From an uncultured Verrucomicrobiae bacterium (GTDB lineage: Bacteria; Verrucomicrobiota; Verrucomicrobiia; Chthoniobacterales; JAFAMB01): a DNA stretch of 64,000 nt. The position numbers and the translations under genes are program-made. Positions 7,101 to 15,260 of the stretch are shown one piece after another; position 1 is the first letter of the stretch; the number at the start of each line of letters is the position of its first letter. The notes beneath the pieces were generated by a model. That model saw only the letters and a program-made list of their open reading frames with translations. It was not told the origin of the DNA and searched no databases. Location: positions 454,693-518,692 of the forward strand of contig CAVZKG010000002.1 of NCBI GenBank assembly GCA_963775805.1, written 5' to 3'.

Positions 7101-7721
7101 ATGAAGAAATCTATTAGCCAGGAAACTGTTACTTTTTACGATGTGCCGTTAGTATGCGGAGCTGCACCATCGATTGGTTGCGGCAGTCGAGCTAAGCCAC
7201 TCTTGTTAGATCTCGAGCGGCAAAGTGCAATCAAAGAGGTTTGGTTGAACCGGACGGGAACGATAGTAGCGATCGTATGGCATGACGAACCACACATGGA
7301 AGAAGCCGGCAAACCGATCTTCAAAAGGCATGAAGTAGAATACAATGAACTGCGCGGCGATAAGCCCGACTCTCTTCGAATTGACGAGGGCTGGTTTCGT
7401 GGCGCCGAAGTGGATCATCTAAGCTTGGAAGAAGCGCGAGAAATTGCGGAAACCTTGGTGGCCCTGGTAGGCAAGGAGCGGTTGACCTCTATTGAGGAAG
7501 CCGCGCAGATCAAATCCGACATTGAACACTACTTTCGGAAAGAGCTGATCAAGATTCGAACTAAACAAGAATTGCTGCACGACACGCAAGACAAGTTCCG
7601 AAAGGCGGTTCTTAACATCTTTCAGAAGCATGTCGGGACGGAACGAGCGAGCGAGGTACAGGCGCGCATCCAAAACCCATTCGCCATAGCAGAAAAGGCA
7701 GAGACCTCTAGCTGTTGTTGA
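7101..7721 (+). CDS. unassigned cytoplasmic Cys-containing protein, last gene of the mer-like operon
   Basis: This is a 206-aa ORF. The N-terminal ~65 aa looks like a ferredoxin-like/HMA-type module with an extended Cys loop (VTFYDVPLVCGAAPSIGCGSRAKP...VWLNRTGTIVAIVWHD). It continues with a helical Glu/Lys-rich region and ends in a vicinal pair ...AETSSCC. No TM segment or signal peptide is present. Confidence 0.6.
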   Translation: MKKSISQETVTFYDVPLVCGAAPSIGCGSRAKPLLLDLERQSAIKEVWLNRTGTIVAIVWHDEPHMEEAGKPIFKRHEVEYNELRGDKPDSLRIDEGWFRGAEVDHLSLEEAREIAETLVALVGKERLTSIEEAAQIKSDIEHYFRKELIKIRTKQELLHDTQDKFRKAVLNIFQKHVGTERASEVQARIQNPFAIAEKAETSSCC

Positions 7722-7998
7722 GGGGAAAGCCGACCCAGGTCGTTTGTTCGAATTTCCTGTGCGACTTTCACATGGATCTCCGCCCGGCAAGCGGGTTACG
7801 GCTGATCCCCGAGAGCGAGTCGCTCGAAACTAGAAAGTGAGGTTTCGCCGATTAAACGACCGATGGGCAGATAATCCGACGAGCCGTTTGCGTGTGTGTT
7901 TTGTGTGTGTCTTTCAGTGATCGAGCTTGATGGATTGTGAGGCCCGGTGAGATTCGGTGATCTCTCGTAAGCTCCTCGTAATTAGCATAATCTAATCA

Positions 7999-8070
7999 TG
8001 TCCCCGCCGGGAATCGAACCCGGATTTAAGGTTTAGGAAACCTCCGTTCTATCCGTTGAACTACGGAGAC
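7999..8070 (-). tRNA. tRNA-Arg (anticodon CCT)
   Basis: The reverse complement is GTCTCCGTAGTTCAACGGATAGAACGGAGGTTTCCTAAACCTTAAATCCGGGTTCGATTCCCGGCGGGGACA. It folds into a cloverleaf with a 7-bp acceptor, D arm GTTC/GAAC, anticodon stem GAGGT/ACCTT, loop TTCCTAA and T arm CCGGG-TTCGATT-CCCGG. No CCA is encoded. Confidence 0.9.
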
Positions 8071-8363
8071 GTATGATTATGAACGACTTATGATTGATAC
8101 CATCTCCATAGGAGCGAAGTTCTACTAAGGCCCTTTGTGTCCCAAGCCGTGCACAGGCGTTCAAATAGTCTAAAAACTCTCCATCTGCAATTCTGATCGC
8201 GACCCGATTTAAAGTACCGGGATTTCGGAAACAGACATCGCTCTGCAAATTTTTTCCGCGGTTTGGGTGGCCTTTTTGCAGATGATTCGTGCAAGCCGAG
8301 CGCCGTCCAACCTCCGGATCAATCTGACTTGGCGGTCATGAGTGCAGCGGTGACACCGCTTCG

Positions 8364-8573
8364 TCATGTATCCAGAGTGAAGCCGACCTTCACGGTCACC
8401 TGCCAGTTCGCAACTTTGTTATTCTCGAGGTGGCCGCGCACCTCGGCAACCTCGAACCACTTCATATTCCGGATCGTCTTGCCGGCTCGCGTGATTGCAT
8501 TGTTCACTGCGTCTTCGATACCGTTTGGCGAGGAACCGACCAGCTCAATCTTTTTGTAAATGTGGTCACTCAT
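8364..8573 (-). CDS. dodecin family flavin-binding protein
   Basis: The start is the ATG at 8573. The 69-aa sequence [69 protein letters not shown] has the typical dodecin length and pattern. The track ORF (to 8717) is an upstream extension. Confidence 0.8.
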   Translation of the reverse strand: MSDHIYKKIELVGSSPNGIEDAVNNAITRAGKTIRNMKWFEVAEVRGHLENNKVANWQVTVKVGFTLDT

Positions 8574-8749
8574 AGCCGGAACAAACCATTGCACGTGGCG
8601 TCGGGCGAGCAGATTTCTAGACGTAAGGACAAAGCATTTTTGCAGTTGAAAAAATGAGTTTCGTCTCCAAGTGCGTAGCACTGGTCTTTCTTTTTGTCGG
8701 TAGAACCTGATTTGCAAGAGCCCTCACGGAAATGCTCTGCTCGTTTTGG

Positions 8750-9763
8750 TTACGGCATCTCCTGCTGGCCTGACGCCATCGAGCGTACCATCGCTTCGAG
8801 CACGCGCATCGCCGTTACACCATCGATGATCGTGGGCGCATCGTTCGGCTCGCCTCTTACCGCGGCAAGGAATGCCGATAACAACGCTTGGTAGCCCTTA
8901 TGGTCTTCGTTTGCCGCGGCAGTCAGATTCGGCTCCCACATCAGGGTGTCCTCCTGCGGATCGAGCGTCGCGTCGGCAGCGTTCGCTTTGAACGCCGGGT
9001 TGCGGTAGTAGCGAACCTCATGAACGTTTCGGATTTCCAAGCGCTGATGGTCGCCCATCACCTGCCACCACTCCATTGGCGTGCCGCGCGATTGATTCGT
9101 GCCCATCACGACAGTCGCAAGCGCGCCGGATTTGAATTCGAAGCTAACGTGCAGAACTAGTTTTCCTGGTTCGATCTCATGAGATCGTGCGTGAACGCTT
9201 TTCACCGGCTCACCCATCAGCCAAGGGACAAGGTCCATTGCGTGCACGCAGTGATGCAACAGGAAGCCGGTATAGTCAGGGTTGCCAACGAAATAGCTCG
9301 GCGCGGTCATGTACTCGCCAAGCAGACTGGCCGGAGTTCCGAAGGAGGGAGTGCGCAATATGTTCCCTGCGATTCGATTCGCGGTTGAATAGCGCTTCAT
9401 AAAGCCGACAACGCAAGGCTTCCCAGCGCGCGCCGCTTCATCAGCGAGACGTTGGGCGGCCTTCGCGGTCGGAGCAGGCGGCTTTTCCATGAAAACCGGC
9501 AAGCCGAGTGACAGCGCCTGCAGACCCAACTCGACATGAACGGCAGGCCCCACGGCCATACCGATTGCGTCCAGCCCTTGATGAGCAAGCATTTGACCCG
9601 CATCGGCATAGCGCGCGGCGACACCGTACCGGTTGCCGATCTGTTCCAGGCTCTTTCCGTCGACATCGCAAAGAGCTGCGATCTTCACAGGTAGCCGCAC
9701 GAGTTGAGGCAACAGCATTTCGCTCGCATGCGTGCCACACCCGATCCATCCGATATTGATCAT
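8750..9763 (-). CDS. Gfo/Idh/MocA family NAD(P)-dependent oxidoreductase
   Basis: It has the N-terminal Rossmann motif MINIGWIGCGTHA and the EKP motif (VFMEKPPA), in 337 aa. The start overlaps the upstream stop in an ATGA. Confidence 0.85.
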   Translation of the reverse strand: MINIGWIGCGTHASEMLLPQLVRLPVKIAALCDVDGKSLEQIGNRYGVAARYADAGQMLAHQGLDAIGMAVGPAVHVELGLQALSLGLPVFMEKPPAPTAKAAQRLADEAARAGKPCVVGFMKRYSTANRIAGNILRTPSFGTPASLLGEYMTAPSYFVGNPDYTGFLLHHCVHAMDLVPWLMGEPVKSVHARSHEIEPGKLVLHVSFEFKSGALATVVMGTNQSRGTPMEWWQVMGDHQRLEIRNVHEVRYYRNPAFKANAADATLDPQEDTLMWEPNLTAAANEDHKGYQALLSAFLAAVRGEPNDAPTIIDGVTAMRVLEAMVRSMASGQQEMP

Positions 9764-10668
9764 TCGATCCGCCTTGCCGCATGTAGTGCGGCGCGCAGGA
9801 ATGCGCCGCTGTGATGAAGATCCAGATCCTCGTCATAGGAGGGCGCACGCCACTGTGCGAGCGGAAGTGACAACAATGTTTCGGTGCGGCGGAATGGTTC
9901 CAAGGTGATCGGGCCGCGATAATTGAGTTCGGCCAGCACATGGCAAATCTCCGCCCAGTCGATATGGCCAGTTCCCAGATAGCCGCGATGATTTTCGTTA
10001 GCCTGGAAATGGACCAGGTAAGCGGCGGCCCTCCTTATTGCCCGCCCAAGGTCGTCTTCCTCCATGTTCATGTGGAAGGTATCGAGCATGATTTTTACAG
10101 CCGGACTTCCCACCTGCGTGGCCAACTCGACTGCCTGCCGGGCGGTATTGCAAAAGTCCGTTTCGAATCGGTTGAGCGGCTCGATGGCAAATTCCACTCC
10201 ATGTTGCACGGCGTAGTCACCGGCCTCCTTGAGGCCTGCGACCACCCTCTGAATTCGCGCGAGCCGATGGGGCTCATCGATGGGCCCGGGCAAACGGCCG
10301 GCGAAGACGAGGGGTGCACCGTAAATGGGGCCGCCAATGATTTTTGCACCAGCAGCCACGGCTATGTCTACACAATGCATTAGATAGGCAATTCCACCTT
10401 GATGTTCCGAGGGATCATCAGACGCCAGATTGCGTTGCGGAGTGATCCGCGCGGCAAAGACGAGTGACAGACCTGCTTGTGTTGCCGCGCGTCCCACGTC
10501 GGCCGGATCGAGCTCCCCCTCTTCCGGGACAAGTAGTTCGCAAAAATCCATCCCGGCCGCCTTCATCCGATCGAAAAGCGGATAGTGCGCGGACGTGAAC
10601 GGTCTGATGTAAGTCATCGAATTCACGCCGATCGTCGGCATCCATTTCTCTTCGTTCGTGTTTCTCAT
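9760..10668 (-). CDS. sugar phosphate isomerase/epimerase (xylose isomerase-like TIM barrel)
   Basis: The sequence shows the typical family pattern (GMDFCELLVPEE..., FAIEPLNRFETDF, LDTFHMNMEEDD, HFQANENHRG). The start is chosen at the ATG at 10668, which overlaps the permease stop (ATGA). The ATG at 10641 is an alternative. Confidence 0.8.
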   Translation of the reverse strand: MRNTNEEKWMPTIGVNSMTYIRPFTSAHYPLFDRMKAAGMDFCELLVPEEGELDPADVGRAATQAGLSLVFAARITPQRNLASDDPSEHQGGIAYLMHCVDIAVAAGAKIIGGPIYGAPLVFAGRLPGPIDEPHRLARIQRVVAGLKEAGDYAVQHGVEFAIEPLNRFETDFCNTARQAVELATQVGSPAVKIMLDTFHMNMEEDDLGRAIRRAAAYLVHFQANENHRGYLGTGHIDWAEICHVLAELNYRGPITLEPFRRTETLLSLPLAQWRAPSYDEDLDLHHSGAFLRAALHAARRIE

Positions 10669-11492
10669 CCTTTTACAGCGCCTGTTACCAAGCCTCCAAC
10701 AAGTCTGCGTTGCAGAAATAAAAATAAAACCATGGCAGGCAGGCCCACGACTGTTCCACCTGCTGTCAATAGCCCCCAATCAATTCCGTTTTCCCCAATG
10801 AACATCTGTAGTGCCACCGTCACAGTGCGCACGCGCTCGCCCGCGAGCACAAGTGCGAATAGATACTCGTTCCATGAGGTGATGAAGAGGTAGATGCCAA
10901 CGGCAACCATGCCCGGTCCAACCAGTGGCAGGATCACGAACCTCATCGCCTGAAAGCGGGTCGCGCCGTCGATCAGTGCCGCCTGATCCAGTTCAGTGGG
11001 AATTCCGTCCATGTAGCTTGTCAAAAGCCAGATCGCGAACGGCAGAGTAAAAGTCGCGTGCGCGCTGATCAGCGCAAAGTAGGTATCGAGTAGCCGGAGT
11101 TCACGCATCAGGATGAAAAGCGGCAAAATCAGCATCACGATTGGAAACATGTTGATGATTAGAAAGAGGCTGCGCAAAGCGGTTCGGCCCCGAAAACGGA
11201 AGCGGGAAAACGCGTATGCCGCCGGCAATGCCAAGCCGAGTCCGATGATAACGGTTCCCGCAGCAACGATGAGGCTATCACGCAGATTTTCCGCAAACGA
11301 AGTGCGCTCCAGCAGTTCGATGTGATGCGCAAGCGTCAACGTGCTGGGCCAGATCATGAGTGGAGTGCGAGTCATGTCGCTTTCAGGCCGAATCGAAGAG
11401 AGGAGCATCCAAAACCAGGGTCCGAGTGCGAAAGCAAGCACCGCAAGCATTGGCAACTCTGTGCAAACCAGAGTTTTGAGGCGGCGCTTCAT
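10665..11492 (-). CDS. carbohydrate ABC transporter permease (MalG-like)
   Basis: It is 275 aa with six TM helices and the EAA-loop region ELDQAALIDGATRFQAMRFVILP. Confidence 0.9.
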   Translation of the reverse strand: MKRRLKTLVCTELPMLAVLAFALGPWFWMLLSSIRPESDMTRTPLMIWPSTLTLAHHIELLERTSFAENLRDSLIVAAGTVIIGLGLALPAAYAFSRFRFRGRTALRSLFLIINMFPIVMLILPLFILMRELRLLDTYFALISAHATFTLPFAIWLLTSYMDGIPTELDQAALIDGATRFQAMRFVILPLVGPGMVAVGIYLFITSWNEYLFALVLAGERVRTVTVALQMFIGENGIDWGLLTAGGTVVGLPAMVLFLFLQRRLVGGLVTGAVKG

Positions 11493-12352
11493 TGTGCCCG
11501 CCTCCTCACGAGGGAGAGAATCATTCCACCCAGAAGAATCAAAGTAAGTATTACTGCGAGGGCTGAACCTTTCCCGTAATCGCCGCCGGACCAGGCGGTC
11601 AACATCGCGTGCAACGGCAGCGTGAGTGTAGCCCTTCCCGGTCCGCCGCCTGTCATGACAAGGATAAGATCGAGGGAATTGGCTACCCAGATCATCCGCA
11701 ACAACAACGCGGTCGCAATCACAGCGGTCAATCCGGGGATCGTGACGTGCCAGAATTTTCCCAGTGCGCTGGCGCCGTCAAGCGACGCGGCCTCGTATAG
11801 CTCCGCTGGAATTCCCTGCAGACCCGCTAGAAGCGTCACCGCAAAAAATGGGAATCCCTGCCAAATGACCGCGAGCATCACGGCGACCATCGCGGTGTCT
11901 GGGCGGGAGAGCCACGCGATCGGGCTTGAAATAAGCCCGAGGCGAATGCCCAACGCGTTGACGATTCCCAGGTTGAAATCCAGCATCCAGGTCCAGATGA
12001 GGCCAATTATCACGCTCGGGAGTGCCCACGGGACAATGACGAGCGCCCGAGCAATTCCGCGCCAGGCGAAGCTTCGGTTTAGTAGCAACGCGGCACCGAG
12101 ACCAAGCAGGAACTGCATCGAAACCGAACCAAAGACCCATACGAAGGAATTAAACAAGCTATGCCAAAACAGGGGATCGGCTAAAGCGTTGATGTAATTC
12201 GTCAGGCCTACGAACGGACGAGTTCTCGGGTGGAACAGGTTTACGTAGTGAAAAGACAACGATATCGCTTGAGCAACAGGAAATAACACATAGAGAGCGG
12301 TGATCAGAAGCGCGGGCGTCAGCAGAAGCCAAGGCGTCGTCGTTTTATTCAT
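11489..12352 (-). CDS. sugar ABC transporter permease (MalF-like)
   Basis: The start is the ATG at 12352 (MNKTTTPWLLLTPALLITALYVLFP), which overlaps the SBP stop (ATGA). It has the EAA loop ELYEAASLDGASALGKFWHVTIP. The track ORF extends spuriously to 12541. Confidence 0.9.
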   Translation of the reverse strand: MNKTTTPWLLLTPALLITALYVLFPVAQAISLSFHYVNLFHPRTRPFVGLTNYINALADPLFWHSLFNSFVWVFGSVSMQFLLGLGAALLLNRSFAWRGIARALVIVPWALPSVIIGLIWTWMLDFNLGIVNALGIRLGLISSPIAWLSRPDTAMVAVMLAVIWQGFPFFAVTLLAGLQGIPAELYEAASLDGASALGKFWHVTIPGLTAVIATALLLRMIWVANSLDLILVMTGGGPGRATLTLPLHAMLTAWSGGDYGKGSALAVILTLILLGGMILSLVRRRAQ

Positions 12353-13572
12353 GGGAAGAAAGTGCGCTCGAATTTTCCCATTGCGTCGTCCGGAGCCGAT
12401 TGGCCGAGCAACTCTTCCTGATTTGTTTGGGTCCAGACCGTCCGGACGAAATCCGCAGTTTGTTCCACCAGCGGAAGTGTTCGTGCCGACGCAAGCGACT
12501 GGATCGTCGCGTCGACGAAGCGTTTCGGATGGACGTTCCAATCTTTTGCTCCGGACGTTGTGACAGTCATTTGGCCGGCCAGTTTATTGAACTCCACGTT
12601 GGCCGGCGCACTGGATAGGTAAGATATCCACCGCCAGGCGGCTTCCGGGTTATCGCAGTTCGCGAATATCGCGTTGGACCCGTCTCCAAAGGTTGACCAC
12701 GCTTTACCCGTCGGTCCGCTCGGCATTGGAACCGCGGTGATCGCGTCACCCAGCTGCTGTGTCAGCTGGATCGCGGAACCGATATGGTGAATCGTCATCG
12801 CGGTGCGACCCGCTTTCATGTTGTTGATGATTTGCAGAAAACCGTCTGTGGGCGACGAGGGCGGACAGACTTTGTATTTGCGGTAGAGATCGATAAACCA
12901 TTGATTGGCGGCGAGCGCGACAGGCGTCGTAAGGCCGCCTTTCGTGAATTCGGCGCCGCCTCCGATGACAAAGGTCAACCAGAAATCGACGCCGCCCGAA
13001 TCGCCACGTAATCCGAAGCCCCAACGGTCCTTTTCGGTTAAGGCGCGCGCCGCGGTCAGAAAGTCATCAAAAGTTGTTGGCGTCTGCAGCCCTTGTTTCT
13101 GAATCCAGTCCTGACGGAGATAAAGATAAGTCGTGATGTACTGCAGTGGCAGGTAGTAGTGCTTCCCATCAGCGGCAATATGCAGCTTCCATATAGACTC
13201 CGAGATGTCGCCCCTCGGAGCCCATCCGTTCAGATAGTCATCGATAGGAAGGAGTGCTTCCATTTCGATCAACTGAGGAAGATTGCGAAGCTTTACCATC
13301 GCCGTGTCCGGACCGTGGTTGGCGATCAGGGCGGTGTACAAGCGCGTGTCATAATCGCTACCACCTCCCCACGGAATGCTTTGTGCATGGATGCTGATCC
13401 CGGGATTCGCCTTTTCGAACTCAGCAATGAGGCCGTCAGGCGATGCCTTTGGATCATCAAAGTGATACCACCAGCGGACCGTCGTATGCGTGTTGCCAAA
13501 GGCGAACAGTCGTTGGGTGAGCCCCATGGCAGCAACGGCGCCCACCGTTTTCAGTAGCGTGCGTCTTTTCAT
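12349..13572 (-). CDS. ABC transporter extracellular solute-binding protein (family 1, sugar type)
   Basis: It is 407 aa with a signal peptide carrying twin Arg (MKRRTLLKTVGAVAAMGLTQRLFA). The length and composition are typical of an SBP. Confidence 0.9.
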   Translation of the reverse strand: MKRRTLLKTVGAVAAMGLTQRLFAFGNTHTTVRWWYHFDDPKASPDGLIAEFEKANPGISIHAQSIPWGGGSDYDTRLYTALIANHGPDTAMVKLRNLPQLIEMEALLPIDDYLNGWAPRGDISESIWKLHIAADGKHYYLPLQYITTYLYLRQDWIQKQGLQTPTTFDDFLTAARALTEKDRWGFGLRGDSGGVDFWLTFVIGGGAEFTKGGLTTPVALAANQWFIDLYRKYKVCPPSSPTDGFLQIINNMKAGRTAMTIHHIGSAIQLTQQLGDAITAVPMPSGPTGKAWSTFGDGSNAIFANCDNPEAAWRWISYLSSAPANVEFNKLAGQMTVTTSGAKDWNVHPKRFVDATIQSLASARTLPLVEQTADFVRTVWTQTNQEELLGQSAPDDAMGKFERTFFP

Positions 13573-13655
13573 CCGTTTTCTCTGTCGAAACCGCCTCTAA
13601 CGGATTTTTTGTTTGGGGAGATCTTGCATCACGGGGCGTCCTATTCTTCGAACCG

Positions 13656-14552
13656 CTAGTCGAATGAGCGTCCCACGAGTCGCTCGCGGATCACTTGACT
13701 GAGAGTTCTGACTGCTGACTGCGCTTCGGGCAGCATCGCTGTCATCTGCAGAAAACCATGAACGACTCCGGGAACGTAGTCCGCCCGGCACTCAACGCCA
13801 TGCGCCACCAGTCGAGCGGTGAGGTTAACGGTGTCATCGCATAGCGGATCGAGCCCGGCACCTAGCAGATAGGTCCAAGGCAACCCGGTCAAATCGGCAT
13901 GTAATGGTGCTGCTTGCGGGTCATGCGCCTCTCCCAGCCAGTTGCCCCAATACCAGCGCATCTTCTCGGAGCTTAATCCGTAACGGCCATCGCCGTTGCG
14001 CTGATGGCAATCGTTGTTGAAGCTCGGTTCAAAGCAACCGTACAAGAGCGATAACGCAACCAAATCGGGCGGTCGATACGCCAGCGCGGTTGCGAGCGCG
14101 ATATTCGCTCCAGCCGAGTCGCCGCATAGCACCAGCGGACCAGAAGCATCAGGAAGCGACCAGACCGCGCGCACAGTTTTCCCGACGTCTTCGATCGCCG
14201 CGGGGCACGTCGCTTCGGGCGCGAGTCGATAATCCGGCACAACTACCGTTGTCGCAGAATAGATCGCAAGCAGTCGAGCGAAACGCTCGTGAGTCGCCGG
14301 CGACCCAAATGTCCAGCCGCCGCCGTGCACGAAGATTACGGTGCCTTCTTTGCGGGACGCAGGGACTATGACGCGACAAGGTACACCGTCGAGGACGACG
14401 TCTCGGGCATCGAGATCGGGGAGGGGGATATTCCAGGTAGCGGCTCTGGCGGCAAACGCGCGACGCGCTTCGCTGATATCCATTGCCTGCAAATCAGGGT
14501 CCGCCAATAGCGTATCGAGGATGCTTCGCATTTCTCGCGACATCACACTCAT
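13656..14552 (-). CDS. alpha/beta hydrolase, HSL-type esterase/lipase
   Basis: It has the oxyanion motif VHGGGWTFGS, the nucleophile elbow GDSAGAN, and distal D and H (DPLCDD, VVHGF). Confidence 0.85.
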   Translation of the reverse strand: MSVMSREMRSILDTLLADPDLQAMDISEARRAFAARAATWNIPLPDLDARDVVLDGVPCRVIVPASRKEGTVIFVHGGGWTFGSPATHERFARLLAIYSATTVVVPDYRLAPEATCPAAIEDVGKTVRAVWSLPDASGPLVLCGDSAGANIALATALAYRPPDLVALSLLYGCFEPSFNNDCHQRNGDGRYGLSSEKMRWYWGNWLGEAHDPQAAPLHADLTGLPWTYLLGAGLDPLCDDTVNLTARLVAHGVECRADYVPGVVHGFLQMTAMLPEAQSAVRTLSQVIRERLVGRSFD

Positions 14553-15217
14553 ACTGGCCTCCGCGGCAAAGGTTCATCCCTCTCCTCAATCATCGTATCC
14601 AGGTGCGTCCTCAGTTCGCGCTGCAGCGCCGTCCCATCCCGCTCCTTGATCGTCTTCAGGATGGGAAGATGCCGCTCGGCCGTCTTGCGGAGTGGTCGAT
14701 CGTGCCGAGGCGCCCACAGCTTGAAGCGTTGAGTATGCAGAATGCACCTCATCAAAATCGGCTGAATCGCGTGCAGGCCAGAAATCCGGAAAATAGACTC
14801 GTGAAATGCCATGTCCTGCTCGACCAATGCCCACAGATCGTCTTCGGCGGCGGCCTCGAACATCTTTCGGCAGATAGCCTCTAACCTGGCTAGTTCACCG
14901 TTCCCAACGCGTCGGACAACTGCGGGTGCCGCACGAACTTCGATTCGGCGACGCAGATCAAGAATCTCGACAGCAGCGTCCGCATCCAGATCAGTTACGG
15001 TTGTGCCCTTGCGCCCCTCGCGCAAAACCAGGCCTTCCCCATCGAGACGCAACAGTGCTTCCCGGACAGCAGCCTGACTGCAGCCGAGCGAAGAGGCGAG
15101 TCCCAGTTCGGTTAAAACTGTTCCAGGCTGAAGTTCATTCAGGATGATCTGCCGCCGGAGTTCTCCCAGGACCAGGGCACCGGGGGTGCTTTTAGGATCT
15201 GCGACGCGTCCTGTCAT
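14549..15217 (-). CDS. GntR family transcriptional regulator (FadR/FCD C-terminal domain)
   Basis: It has an N-terminal winged HTH (LQPGTVLTELGLASSLGCSQAAVREALLRLDGEGLV) and a helical FCD-like C-terminus. The stop overlaps the esterase start (ATGA). Confidence 0.85.
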   Translation of the reverse strand: MTGRVADPKSTPGALVLGELRRQIILNELQPGTVLTELGLASSLGCSQAAVREALLRLDGEGLVLREGRKGTTVTDLDADAAVEILDLRRRIEVRAAPAVVRRVGNGELARLEAICRKMFEAAAEDDLWALVEQDMAFHESIFRISGLHAIQPILMRCILHTQRFKLWAPRHDRPLRKTAERHLPILKTIKERDGTALQRELRTHLDTMIEERDEPLPRRPV

Positions 15218-15222
15218 CGATA

Positions 15223-15260
15223 ATATATCGATATATAGCGGGAGATGCAGGTGTTGGCAA
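15223..15260 (-). promoter_or_regulatory. candidate sigma70 promoter with an overlapping 14-bp palindrome upstream of the GntR gene
   Basis: Read on the minus strand, the sequence is TTGCCA (15260-15255), 17 nt, TATATA (15237-15232), 14 nt, ATG. The perfect palindrome ATATATCGATATAT (15223-15236) overlaps the -10 hexamer and the predicted start site. No SD is present. Confidence 0.4.

Larger units (their letters stand above)
4865..8043. mobile_element. tRNA-Arg-associated genomic islet (about 3.1 kb) carrying a mer-like operon; no integrase
   Basis: The islet is bounded by the 45-bp direct repeats. The 3' end of the intact tRNA faces the insert. All cargo is on the + strand. No recombinase ORF is present in any frame. 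Confidence 0.6.

Noticed and set aside
4910-7998. Search for an integrase/recombinase or merA/merB inside the islet
   Set aside because: All six frames were inspected via the ORF track. No ORF has recombinase (R..H..R..Y), serine-recombinase, pyridine-nucleotide-disulfide reductase or MerB features. Minus-strand ORFs 7136..7345, 7206..7418 and 7419..7790 are antisense to the 206-aa gene.
8033-8248. 71-aa minus-strand ORF with a ribbon-helix-helix-like stretch (NRVAIRIADGEFLDYLNACARLGTQRALVEL)
   Set aside because: Its last 38 nt run into the 5' half of the tRNA-Arg gene, and no partner toxin gene is present. It may be a remnant but is not supportable as a gene.
8750-15217. Numerous 60-190-aa ORFs antisense to or out of frame with the sugar operon genes (for example 9441..9941, 11622..12197, 12746..13024, 14811..15077)
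   Set aside because: These are typical shadow ORFs of GC-rich coding DNA. They are Arg/Pro/Ala-rich and fully nested in well-supported genes.
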